Origin: a virus
DNA length: 64,000 nt
Virus record (IMG/VR): IMGVR_UViG_3300031555_005802
Span: 3,862 to 67,861 of that record
Reading direction: 5' to 3' (one strand)
Shown: in pieces, positions 11,775-25,165 of the stretch
How the letters are laid out: each line of letters starts with the position of its first letter
Position numbering within the stretch: position 1 is the first letter of the stretch
The notes under the pieces: model-generated
Seen by the model: the letters and a program-made list of their open reading frames with translations, nothing else
What the model was told of the DNA's origin: nothing
Database searches by the model: none
Translations under genes and position numbers: made by a program

Positions 11775-12529
11775 ATGTCATTCATAACAAAAAATAAAAA
11801 AGTTTCATTCCTAGACGTCAGAGTAAAACCTCAATGAGAACTCCTAGACCTAAAAGAAGAAACAGGCGATTATGAGCATGAACTATTCAGTTCTGTTGTT
11901 CGGTGAATTTAATGATATTGCGCGGATGGGATGTTGAGATATATTTGATGGATCCTAAGTCGGTTGATCATATATATGGGGAGTCTACTACGAAGGGTTA
12001 TGATGGGCCTTATAGGACTAAGATATTGTATGCGCCTGAGGTTGAGAAGTCGTTGATAAATACGTTTGGATTTTCTAATGATGAGACTATACAGTATGCT
12101 GAGATGCCTAAGGCTACATGGGTTAGGGATGTTGTTGAGATATTGAATATGAAGCAGGAGATAACGTATGATCCTGATTATGATAAGCCTAAGCCCGGAG
12201 ATTTGATAAAGACGTTGTGAGATGATAGTATTTATGAGATAACGCATGTTACTAGTTCAGAGAGAATATTTAGTGGAGCAAAATTAGTTTGGAGTTTTGT
12301 TTTGAAGCCATATCAGTATGATTTTGAAAGTGGAGAAGCTAATGATTTAGTGTTTGAGGAATTGGATATTGATGATTTTCCAGAATCAAATATTACTAGG
12401 GATAAGATTACTACTGAGCAGATGAATATGGAAAGAGAGTTGGTTAAGGAAGAGGCTGCTGAGAATGATAATTTTGATTCCGAAATAGATCCATCTGTAT
12501 ATGGTTATTCAGTATCTAGGAGGAAGTAA
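11775..12529 (+). CDS. neck protein (gp14-like); 2 CGGN (11901, 11923), TGA=Trp
   Basis: ELFSSVV[G]EFNDIA[G]WDVEIYL..VDHIYGE, FGF, PKPGDLI, YEITHV. Confidence 0.75.
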
Positions 12530-13245
12530 TGAGATTTTTGAATTATATAAATGAGATAAAATCGAAGTTTAATATAGATCCATATTTGAAATTTATAGAA
12601 AGTAATCCAGATATTATATTTTGAAGAGGGATATCACATATTGACTTTAATGATGAAAAGTATAAAGTTTTTGATGTTAATAAAGATAGAAAACCACAAG
12701 CGACTAATAAAGAGTTATTTAAGTTAATAAATGTGTGATTAGAAAAGAATGGATTTTGTAGAAGGGATAATGCAGTATTTTGTTTATGTAAGAAAATTAA
12801 GATGAGTTCGTTTGGAAGACAATATCCAATAATTCCAGTTGGTGATTTTAGATATACATATGTGAAAGCACATGATTTTAATGATTATTCTATTGCACAT
12901 AATGAGTTTAGTATAGATTATTTTTATTGATTATATTTGGATAAGTTTCCAAGGTATTTTTCTATAAGAAGAAATAATAAAGACATATTTATATCAGATT
13001 TAACATCTGGAAATTATAAAAAGTATGTTGATTTAAATTTGGAAAATGAGATTGAGATTAGAGGAAGGTTTAATTCATATAAGAAGGTTGATTTGGATAT
13101 AGGTGTTGCTAGTTTGAAGAGTATGTTTTCTAATCATAATATAGGTGAAGCTAAGAAGAATATATGAGAAGTTTGAATACAGTGTGATAAGTATATTGTG
13201 TTTGATGATATGAAAGCATATTCAGAATATATTGAGATTGTGTAG
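12529..13245 (+). CDS. hypothetical, possible internal head protein; TGA=Trp
   Basis: MRFLNYINE N-terminus typical of T4-like capsid-targeted proteins; open to TAG with TGA=Trp. Confidence 0.6.
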
Positions 13246-13254
13246 GGTTTATAT

Positions 13255-14069
<815 letters not shown>

Positions 14070-14089
<20 letters not shown>

Positions 14090-14594
14090 TACTGAATTTA
14101 AGATAAAAGTTGATACAAAGTTGAAGTGTTTTGGTACTCCGGAAGATTTTACTGTAAGTTATTTTTCTGATTCAGAGAATATTCTTATAGATACTGATAT
14201 TGAATTTGTTGAGATAGTTAAGGAAAGTGAAGAAGTTGAAGCTAAGATTATTGAAGATGTTTTAGCTGGTAGTAAAAGTATTAAGGTTGAAGAAGGACAT
14301 AAATTTAAGTTGTATGATCTTCTTGAGATAAAAGAGAAATATTATATAATTGTTAAGATTGATAATAATATTTTGTATTTAGATAAGGAATTGGAAGATT
14401 CATTAGTTGTTGATGATTTGATTGAGTTTAGTAATTTGACTGGTATATATGAAGCTCCAATTAGTTTTGATGAAGTTGGGATATATACGATTGTTGTTAA
14501 GAATATGAAGAATTTAAGAACATTGATTTCATCAGTTGATATTGTGAGTGAGACTGTTGAGGACAAGTTATCGTCAGATAAGACTTTTATATAG
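14070..14594 (+). CDS. hypothetical virion-associated protein
   Basis: open frame; likely GTG start after GAGG. Confidence 0.6.
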
Positions 14595-14604
14595 AGATTA
14601 GATT

Positions 14605-15627
14605 ATGCAACATTCAGCTATGATAGAAAAGGGTGGGACAGTAGTTGTATTTTCAAAGTCATCTACTACTGATATGCCTGAAGTTAAGGTTTGAAAGTTT
14701 ACTTATGATAATGAGTTTATCGAGTTAACTGGTACTAATTTTGTTATTATGAAGTTATCTGATGATTATTATAAGTGTGGATTTGTTGCACCTGATGAAG
14801 ATTGTTATTTATGTATTAAATTTGCTAATGATGTTGAATTTGTTAGAGTTGGAGAACCTAAATTAACATTATTTCATCATACAAACGAGCATATCGGTGA
14901 TAGAATTTTAGAATTTCAGCAGATAGATGCAGCTGATGGACATATTATTGCATTTGGCGATTTGACACCATTGCAAGAGGGGTTTTATTATACGAGTATT
15001 AGGTCTAATGATTATTCGTTGATAGAAATTAGTTTGGAAGGCGAATATAAGACAATATCTGTATTAAAAACACCATATCCTGGAAGTATGATAACACCTA
15101 ATATATCAGGTGAAGGATTTACTGCTGTTGAGAATTTTGTCGAAATTGAAAAATTGGCTATGTTGGGATTTTTGGGTGATAGAAAGTCAAGTTTTGATAA
15201 AACATTGGGTATGTGGGTTGATAAGGACGAGGATGCTAGAGCATCTGATTTGGCAAGGGCTATTGCACATAGATATTCATTAACATGAAGTAAGTCTGAA
15301 GATGAAACTAGATGAATTGGTAATTATGTTAAGTACATAAAGACTCAAGCTATTGATGGAACTGGTTCTGCATTGGTATATAGACCAGGTTCAACACCTG
15401 ATAGTAATAAGAATAATTTTACATTGATAGGTGATGACCCATTGGGTAATACAATAGTAAGAGGATTAGCAATATATGTAATAAAACCGTTAGAGACGAT
15501 ATATGGTGGTCTTGAGGGTGCTGTATTTGAATTTAGAAACAAAGAATAAGATTTGAAAGGTCTGATTAATCAGACCTTTTTATTTTATAATAAGTGTTTT
15601 GAATTTTTGAAAACAAATGTTCAATAA
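14605..15627 (+). CDS. hypothetical virion-associated protein; TGA=Trp
   Basis: 340-aa frame broken only by TGA. Confidence 0.65.
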
Positions 15628-15660
15628 ATAATCTAATAATACGTATATTCGGAGAGTTAG

Positions 15661-18600
15661 ATGTATAATATATGAGGAAAAATTAAATACGTTGATGAAA
15701 ATGACATTTGCCAGGGTTATGTTACTGGTGGATGATATATTCCATATTTTAAACAAGTTGATTCATCATCTAGTCCTTCAACATGATCGAAGGTTCCATA
15801 TGATATAGATCCTGTAAATGAAGGATATTATAGTTTTGATATAGAAGATTATTATATATTAACTTCAGAAGGTTCATATAGGAAACGGAACCGATAGAGT
15901 ATATTTACCATTTTTTTGAAATAAGAATGATAATAGTGACAAATCACTGTCATCTAGTAATATAACACATATTGCATTTATAGATCATCAGCTCAAATCA
16001 GGTCAAGAAGATGCTGAAATTAATTTAACATTGGCACCAATTAAAAAGCCAAAAGTTACATTTTCTTTTCCTAATGTTACTTTGACAACTAATACTAATG
16101 TTAGAATGTCAGAAACATCTACATTTAATGAATATACATTTACACCTAATGGATGTGGGACAACATATTCTACAGAGATAAAACAATTAAATTCATATAA
16201 TGGACTTGAGATATTTAAGAATTTCAAGTTGATTGAAGCATTATATGATTGAGGTGATGGAGGTCTTGTTAAAGTAGACAAGTCCGGTAATGGAACAACT
16301 AGTTCAACACATCAATTCAGTAAACCTGGAAAATATACTATATCTACATTAGTTAAAACGGGTATGACTGATATATATGAAAAGAAAGAATTAGAAGTTA
16401 CTGTTAAATATAATGAACCAAAACCTGATTTTACATGATCTTCCGATTATGCATTTAAGGGACAAGAAAAGGTAACATTAACCAATAAAACAACAAATAA
16501 TCCTGATGGAAGAGAAGATTTATATTCATATACATGAGAAATATATGATGATGCAGATAATCCTGTTAGATATACCGGTAAGCAATTTGACTTTTCACCT
16601 GAATATAATTTCAAAACTCCAGGTAAAAAGCAAATTAAATTAATTTGTCAATGAAATGATGGATTTGAAGATAAGGTTGTTGAGAATGTAAAAGAGTTAG
16701 AGATAAAAACATTTACTACACCTGAGTTAGATTTTTCATGAGATTCCTTAATAGAGGTTAAAGGTAATAATCCAATTGATTATCATAACTTATCAGTTAG
16801 AGATTCTGATGATAAAAGATCATTGGAATACATGTATGATTGGATAATATATGATTCTACATTAGATGGAGATGAAAGTAATTTTGAAGTTAATTCAGTT
16901 GATGTTGATTATGAACCTAGTTATGTTTATAAATCTCCAGGTAAAAAGCAAATTAAATTAATTTGTTATTGAAATGATGGATTTGAAGATAAAGTTGTTG
17001 AAAAGGTAAAAGAATTTACTTTAGAAGAATTTTCAATAACCACTGATTTTATATGAGATAAGATTTGTAAAGATAGAGCTGAGAATGTTTCATTTACAAA
17101 TAAAACGACAGGTGATGTTGAAAAAATTCAAGAATATTTATGAGATGTTGAAGATTCATATCCTGCATCAACAAAAGATTTTTATGTTTTCAAATTAAAT
17201 GAAACTAGTAGATTTGGTGAAGGTTCTCCTGATAATTCAAAAGAAGTTATTAATAATAAACAATTTAGTACAGAAAACATTGTTACAAATTTTCATTCTG
17301 AAAAGGAAAAAAATATAAAGTTAACTGTAACATATTTTACTGGTTGGGAAAATAAACAAAACATAAAAGAGAAAAAATATACTCCAAACCATCATACAAT
17401 ATCATCTAAATTAGTTGCTTCAACAACAAAACCAAAAGGAAGAAAGGATGTTGTTGAATTTTCTAATGAATATGTAGATACAAATGATTTATTATATTAT
17501 TACGATTTAATTATATCTGACTTTTATAGTAAATGTAATATTGATAATACAACAGGAAATATTCAAGATAATAGTATAACATATAATAAAGTAAATATTG
17601 ATGATTTTATATCTCATGCATTCCAAAATAGTGAAAGTAATGATGTTCAGATGAAAACCTATTATGATAATGGATGGGGTAGAGCATATATTACCAGTTC
17701 AACTAAAATAACACCTGTATTATATAAAGAACCGACTGTAGATTTTAGTTGAACTCCGGAAGTCGCAACATCTAGAAATGAAGGAATTACATTTAGTGGA
17801 ATTTATACTGATATTGATAATTCAATTATAAATTGTACATGAACAATATCAGATGAATTTGATTTAAATAATCCAAATAATCCTAAGTATGGTATTGAAA
17901 TAACAAATAATGATACTAAGTATGTAGATGTAAATAAAGAATATAGTCCTGTTCATCAATTTCAATCAAATAAAGATCATAATATTACTTTATTGGTTAA
18001 GTATGATGATGGTTTTTGTGAGAAGCAGAAAGAGATTATTAAGACGATTATAACGAAGGATATAGTAAAAGTAAAGCCATCATTTAAGTTAGTGTATAAT
18101 GACAAAGAAATTTCAGAGATAATACCTTTAGTTGGGATTAAGATGGTTAATACAACTGAGTCTGATGATATTGTTGATATTAGATGGCAGTTGAATGATA
18201 GAAGTTATTATTCTGATAATGATGTAATTGTTAATTTATCTGATGATAGTCCTGAATATATTTGACAGAATGCAACGAGAATTCCATTGTGTATTGGTTC
18301 ATCTCAAGAGAAGTTTAAGACTGTCAAGATGATATTGACATATGATAATGGATGGACTGATGTGAGTGAAGTTGAAGTATCAAGGGATTATTTAGCATCT
18401 ACTAATGAAGTTAAGGATGTTGTTATATCGTATAAGAATTTAGATTATGATAATGCAACTGATGTTTATGGTTCTGAGAGAGTTCATTTTTGAAGTACGT
18501 ATAAGATGACATATCCAGAGTTGGTGGAATATTCTGAATGAACAGTTGAGAATGCTGAGCATTTAATTGAGTATGTAATTGAAAGTGATGAAGATTTTAT

Positions 18601-19492
18601 ATATCAGTTTAAGAGTGTTGGTGAAAAAGAAGTGTTTTTAGATTTGTATTTTGAAGATGGATATGGTAATGAATATTCAGTTAGTAAATCTATTAAATTG
18701 AGTGTTAGTGAGTTATTAGAACCTGATTTAGATTTTGTATGAGAGGGAAGTGATATTGTTGTTGGTTCTAATGTTAAGTTTAGGTCAATAAATTCAAATT
18801 CATCTAGACCATATGCAAGTATTAGTGAGTTAAGGATTGATTATTATGTTGATGGAGAGTATGATAAATTTGACATTGATGGTGATGGTATTGATGAGTC
18901 TGATATATTGGAAGTGAACAAAGTTTGGTGACATATATTTGACAGAAGTGAGAAGCCGACAAGAATAAAGTTGGTTGGTAAATGAAATAATGGATTTGAA
19001 GATAGATTTATTGAGGTTATAAAAGAGTTAGATATAATATCTATGCCACCTCAGTGTACATTGGTTGTTAATCATATATCTAATAGAAAGTATCAAATGA
19101 TTATTGAACATGAAAAGTCTAGTGGATTGGAGTATAAGTTTGAGATATATGTGAAGACACCGATAGTTTCTACAGAGCCATGTAGGGATATGAATGATTT
19201 GGAGTCAGATTTGCCTATTTGTTCATATGATACACCATTTGGTAGTGAATATTATATGATATATGAAACTGATTGGATTGATACTAATGAGACATGGGTG
19301 TCTATTGCTTCATCAGGTAAGTTTAAGGGAATTGGATATGTTAGGAATGATTCCGGTGAGTCTAGTGATGAAGAATACTTTGAAATAGAGAAGGTTAAGG
19401 AAAATGCGACTGTTATTCAGTGTTCAAGACAGTGTATAACAGGTATTATAAAGAAATATACATATGCATCTACAGGTGAGACTAAATGATAA
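15661..19492 (+). CDS. large PKD/Ig-like repeat virion protein (about 1276 aa); 1 CGGA (15886), many TGA=Trp
   Basis: repeated P.PDFTW...W.I.D...PGKKQIKLIC.WNDGFEDK units, with a DNA duplication near 16613 and 16931; ORF-track pieces 16031/17993/18287/19043 share one frame. Confidence 0.75.
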
Positions 19493-19890
19493 GTTTATTT
19501 CAGGGAGATACATCAGATATAATTGTTTTAGAGGATACATCTAAGCCTGATTTGTCTGATTTGAATTGGGAGGCTGAGTTGACTGTTGTTGATTCAGCTA
19601 GTGGAAGAACATTGATACGAAAGAAGTTTGCAAGGGATTTAGAATCTAATGTATTTTTCACATTGTTATTTCCTAGAGAAACTATAAAGTTGCCTGCTGG
19701 AAGGTATATTATTGCATATCAGGTTACTAATGTTAAATTGGGATATAGAAAAGAGATAAAAGATAAATTGAGGATTAAAGATCAGTCTGTATGGAATAAG
19801 AATCCTGAGGAATTTTATTGCGAGTTGCCAGGATTTTGTATATATACGAAGGATGGATCATTTCCTGTAGATATGGAATTTGAGATATAG
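19486..19890 (+). CDS. hypothetical virion protein
   Basis: 134-aa ORF overlapping the upstream stop. Confidence 0.6.
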   Translation: MISLFQGDTSDIIVLEDTSKPDLSDLNWEAELTVVDSASGRTLIRKKFARDLESNVFFTLLFPRETIKLPAGRYIIAYQVTNVKLGYRKEIKDKLRIKDQSVWNKNPEEFYCELPGFCIYTKDGSFPVDMEFEI

Positions 19891-20080
19891 TTTTGTACGA
19901 TATATATAAATAAAAACAAAAAAGCGAGAATTAACTGATGTTCCCAGAAGAATATACTGAATTTAAATATATTGATGATTGTGAAGAGAAAGACGTTTTT
20001 GAAGAGATAGACAGGCTCTCAGATATATTAGATAAGATATATGATTCTGATTGGGAAATTCTTGTATAAGAAGGTTTATA

Positions 20081-20443
20081 ATGAAAATTTGTTCAGATAA
20101 GAATTTTAATCAATTAGCTAGTGCTATTGAGAGAATAGAAAGATACTTAGGAACAACAGTAAATCCCGAAAAAAATACAATAACATCTGATTTAAATGAA
20201 ATAAAAGATAGATTAACCGAATTATCTAATAGTGTATTTACATATCAGAGTGATAATAAAAAGCTTGAGCATATAATAGATCATAATTTAGAATCGTTTT
20301 TCTTAGATATAAACATATTAAGTGAAGAAGATGATGGATGAGAGAATATTTTATGTTCAACAAAATATATAAATAATAACAAGATTAAGATTACATTATG
20401 TGAAGAGAAAAACATAATTGTGACAATATATAAACTTAAATAG
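20081..20443 (+). CDS. hypothetical virion protein; TGA=Trp
   Basis: HIIDHNLES motif shared with the next gene. Confidence 0.55.
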
Positions 20444-20454
20444 GAGATACTATT

Positions 20455-21078
20455 ATGGCGTTTGTAAGAGTTCATGGAATGAGATTAGCTAATGGCTCAT
20501 GAATTGAAAATGCGGTATTTGAGTCAGTACAACCTTCATTAACACAAGAACAAATTGATGCTTCTTCATTAGGTAGAACATATTTTGACGTTGATAGAAA
20601 TACATTGATGTCAATTGTTTCTGATGAAGCTGGTGGTAAGGTTGCGAAACCCGTTGGTTCTGTAGAATATGAACCAAATCTAACATCACCAATTCTTTCA
20701 GCTGCTACATCTTTCCAAAGTGCTGACGAATTATTAGAAACAGCTATTCTTGATTTACAAGCTGATACAGCTACATTAAGAACAGATGTTGATTCATTAC
20801 AAGATGAAGTAGATGCCTTACAAGCTGATAAGGGTGCATTGAGCTTTACATATCAATCAGCTGCTCCAGCCGCTGAACATACATTAGAGCATAACCTTGA
20901 TGCTGATTTCATCGACTGCTCAGTATGGACAAAGGATCCAGATAGTGGTATTTATGCTCTTGATGTTGTTGAAGTTACTGAAGTTGACCGCAACACAGTT
21001 AAGGTTACACTTTCCGGTGATTATGACATTAAGGCTACCATTCGTAGAGCAAATGCAACTGAAACCCCAACAGTTTAG
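20455..21078 (+). CDS. coiled-coil fibre/whisker-like virion protein; TGA=Trp
   Basis: MAFVRVHGMRLANGSWIEN..., heptad stretch, HTLEHNL C-terminal domain. Confidence 0.6.
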
Positions 21079-21127
21079 TTTTTAATTAACTGTATTAATT
21101 AAATAACATATGGAAGACTAGGAAAAA

Positions 21128-21653
21128 ATGCGTCTTGATGACAATTATACATGAGATAAAACGAATCAAACTTTATATAAACTAATTTTTCCTAGTCTTC
21201 CTCAGTTTTTAAAATCCGATAACAATGAAATTCATAACTTCGTAATAAATCGGTAATTCAGCGATCCTTCCAGGTTTAACTCTCCCATCTCAAGAATTCA
21301 TGTGACAGGGTGGAACAATAAAAGTTCCTAGTGCTAGACCAACATTTAATGATCTTACAGTATCATTTCTTATAGATGAGTATCTAAATAACTGAAAGCT
21401 ATTTTTTAAATGAATATTATACAGTAATAATAATAAAGATAAGTATAGTGAAGATTGAAATAATGTTGTTTGTGATGCTTATCTACTTTATTATAATAAT
21501 TGATTAAAAAAACCTGTTTTAAGAATGAATTTTATAAATTTATCTCCAACATCTCTATCTGACATTGAGTTGACATCCAAAACAGACGGTTCTGAAACAT
21601 TAGAGGGAAGAGTTTCGTTTTCGCTTGATAGATATGAAGTTAAAGACATATAA
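21128..21653 (+). CDS. tail completion / tube-like protein (gp3-like); 1 CGGT (21251), TGA=Trp
   Basis: N[G]NSAILPGLTL...FNDLTVSFLIDEYLNNWKLFFKWI. Confidence 0.75.
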
Positions 21654-21656
21654 ATA
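21649..21656 (+). promoter_or_regulatory. T4-type late promoter TATAAATA before the sheath gene (others at 7693, 9397, 19905, 40391, 58016)
   Basis: exact T4 gp55 consensus upstream of structural genes. Confidence 0.7.
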
Positions 21657-21691
21657 ATCTTTATAAAGATTGTTTTATAAGGAGAGAACGT

Positions 21692-23494
21692 ATGGGATTC
21701 TATCTTTCCCCTTTAGTTGATATAAAAGAAAATGATGTTTCAGCGACTCCTCAAGCTGTATCTACATCAATAAGTGTCAATGTAATTCGTTGTCCTAAAG
21801 ATGGTCCTGAATTTAAGAAATTATTAATAACATCCGAAGATGATCTTCTGAACACATATGGAAAACCAACAAATTTAAGATGTAACTATGAAGATATGCT
21901 TGGTACTATCGGTAACTTAATCAATTCTCAAAGTGTATATTGTACCGGTGTTAGACCAAGTGATGCTACATTTGCTGGTATAAAATCATCATCTAGTACT
22001 GCTCCATTATCAGGTTCAAGCACAACATTTGATATTTCATTTGAAACATATGGATTAAGTGGAAGTGACGCATTAACATTAGATGATTTCGTTTCAAAAG
22101 ATCCAGACGATTTTGCAGAAGATATTTTCCCAGAAGGACCAATTGATTGTATTTATTATGCTAGAGGTTCTCGTGGTAATAATATCAGAATTGCATTTAT
22201 TGATTATGAAACATATAATATCATTGTAAGACGTAATCAACAATTAGATAAATATCCATGAGTTCAACAACTTCTTTCAATAGATTCTCCATTAAATCAT
22301 CCAACTGAATTTCTTGTTCTAGTAGAAGAATTATTGGAAGATAGTGATGATGCTGAAAAGAATTGAAGATTAACAGAATTTTATAATGTTTCTACTGTTG
22401 TTTCAGCTTTAGATGACGCTGGAAATTCAAAATTCGTTGAAAACATATTTAATGTTGGAAGTTCTGCTAGAATCAGAGTAGCATTAAATGAACTAAATAA
22501 AAATAAACCATGAACATATCTAACACCTAATTGGATTCGTTTCGGTGGTGGTTCAGATGGTACAATAGAAAATCTTACTGATGATATTATCATTGAAGCA
22601 TACGATTTATATAAAGATGCTGAAGAAATTGATGTAAATGTATTTGTTGATGGTAATAAATCTGAAACTGTTAAAATGCATATTAGACAATTAGTCGAAA
22701 ATAGAAAAGATTGTATGGCTATTTTCGATCCAAAATATGAATTAGTTGTCAATAATAGAGGATCAGAAGCTGAAGCTCTTGTTGCTTGAAGAAAAGGATT
22801 AGATCCATATTTAGTAAATAACTTAAATATAAGTTCAGATAGATGTGCATTATATGGAAACTGAATAGAAGTTTATGATAGATGAAATAAGAAATATCGT
22901 TGAATTCCTATTTCTGGATATATTGCAGGTATTTGAGCTTATAATGACTGAGCTGCAGAGCCATGATATGCTCCAGCTGGTTTGAATAGAGCAATTTTAT
23001 CAGGAAGTATTCGTAGATTAGCTTGAAATCCAGCTTTATCTGAACGTGATTTGTTATATAAAAATGGAATAAATCCTGTTGCTTCATTTGCTGGTATTGG
23101 TAAAGTTGTTTGAGGTCAAAAAACATTATTAGATAGTACAAGTTCATTTAATAGAATTAATGTAAGAAGATTGTTCTTAATACTAGAAAAATCTATTGCA
23201 ACATATGTAAAATATTACCTATTTGAACAAAATGACGAACATACAAGATATCAATTAGTTGCATCAGTTGAACCTTTCTTGAGAGATGTAAAAGCAAGAA
23301 GAGGTATTTACGATTATATGATAGTTTGTGATGAAAGAAACAATACGTCAGCTAGAATTGACAGAGGCGAGTTATGATGTGATATTATGATTAAGCCAAC
23401 AAGATCTGCTGAATTTATTGTTTTAAGATTTACAAATACAAGTGCTGGTGCTAACTTTAGTGAACTAACAGGTTCATTAGGTATTGACGACTAA
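21692..23494 (+). CDS. tail sheath protein (gp18-like); TGA=Trp, no CGGN
   Basis: YLSPLVDIKEND, PWYAPAGLNR, RDLLYKNGINPV, WGQKTL, FNRINVRRLF, RGIYDY.IVCDERNN. Confidence 0.95.
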
Positions 23495-23506
23495 GAGGGA
23501 ATATAT

Positions 23507-24046
23507 ATGAGTAGCTTAATATTTAATCAAAACGCATTTGCAATAGATCAATTTAGAGCTAATTTCTTAAATGGAGCTAGAGGATATTTATTCTATGTTG
23601 TTCCTACTTTTCCAAGCTATATTAGTAGTACATCAACAATAAGTCCTACTTACCTCGTTAGAAGTTCATCTATCCCAGCAAGAACTATTGCAGAAACATC
23701 AACTAACTGGCAAGGTTATACATATCCATTAGGTGGTAAATCACAATTTAATGATTGATCTATAACATTTACTGTAGATAAAGAATGCTCAATCTATAAT
23801 CAATATATAAAATGAGTTGATATGGTTCATGATCCTGAAACAAACGTTCATGGAGATCCAATAAACTTCTCAGTAGATCAATCAGCTCAATTATTATCAT
23901 TAGATGGAAGAAAGGGTATCTTAAAAATTACTTGTATTGGTTGCTGACCACAATCTGTATCTGAATTATCTCTTGACTATTCTGGTTCAGATGTGTTAAC
24001 ATTTACAGTAACATTTAAGTTAATACGTGTTAAATACGAAAAATAA
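23507..24046 (+). CDS. tail tube protein (gp19-like); TGA=Trp
   Basis: SSSIPARTI, GGKSQFNDWSITF, WVDMVHDPETN, GCWPQSVSELSLDY. Confidence 0.85.
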
Positions 24047-24067
24047 TTTATAGGAGAATATGTGAAT

Positions 24068-24829
24068 ATGTCAAAAGATAAAATGAATTGAATTCAAGAT
24101 GTTGTTAATGAACTTAATGTTTATGAATTTGAAGAAACTTTACCGGGATCAAAAAGACCGGTAAAGTTCAAACCGATAACTCCATTACAATTAAAGAAAA
24201 TACTTCAATATGAAGATGTCAAAGATCAAATTGTAATGGAAGATATTATTGATAAAATAATACTAGATTCAGTTACTTCAGAAAATTTTAATATTGATAA
24301 CTTGTTTGTTCAAGATAGAATATTTCTCTTCTTTTGTATTAGAATTCGCTCTAAAGGAAGCGTTCTAGATATAAAAACAGCGTGTAAAGAATGTAAAAGT
24401 CAATATGTAGCCCATATAGATTTTGCAAACATAGAATGCAAAGAAAGAAGTGACGATATTGAATATAAAATAGAATTAGGACCTAAATCATATATTGAAT
24501 TACAACACATAACTCGTGGCGACATGAAGGAAATACTAAAATTAGAAAAAACGATGAAAAGTAAAAATGATAGAGAAAAAGCATTAAATATTGCATTTCT
24601 TGCATATGCTGCATCTATCAAAACAATTACTTTCAATGGAACCACTAATGAAGATTTATCATTAAATGATAAATTATATTTTCTTGAAAATATAGCTGAA
24701 AGTATTTTTGATAAAATTACAACATGAGTAAACGATAATGATTTTGGATTAGAACTTAATTTTGATAATATATGTCCTCACTGTGGTTATAATGACAAAA
24801 TGAAAGTTACTTCATCTGATTTAATGTAA
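24068..24829 (+). CDS. baseplate hub assembly protein (gp26-like); TGA=Trp
   Basis: LPGSKRPVKFKP, DRIFLFFCIRIRSKG, two CxxC motifs. Confidence 0.8.
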
Positions 24830-24832
24830 TTT

Positions 24833-25048
24833 ATGACAAAATGAATAAATCAAACGAAATTTATATATAAATCATTTGTAATAGACATATCATTATCATC
24901 ATTAGTGAGATTACAATACGAGTTAGCAAAGAAGGGTATATCTATAAGTGAAAGCTCAAATATACCATTATTTGAATTTGAAGCATTAATGAACATGTTA
25001 TATAAAGATTTAAAAGAGGAAGCTGAACATCCTCAAATAAGATTATAA
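24833..25048 (+). CDS. baseplate/tail assembly chaperone (gp51-like); TGA=Trp
   Basis: LQYELAKKGISISESSNIPLFEFEALMNML; lies between gp26-like and tape-measure genes. Confidence 0.6.
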
Positions 25049-25165
25049 TTCCGCTTAAGTTATATAACTTAACAGATCGAATGGTCTAAAGGTATTATGA
25101 AATCATCCTTTAGACCATTCTTATTTGTAGATAAATAATATAAAGTCAATAGATCAGGATAATAT

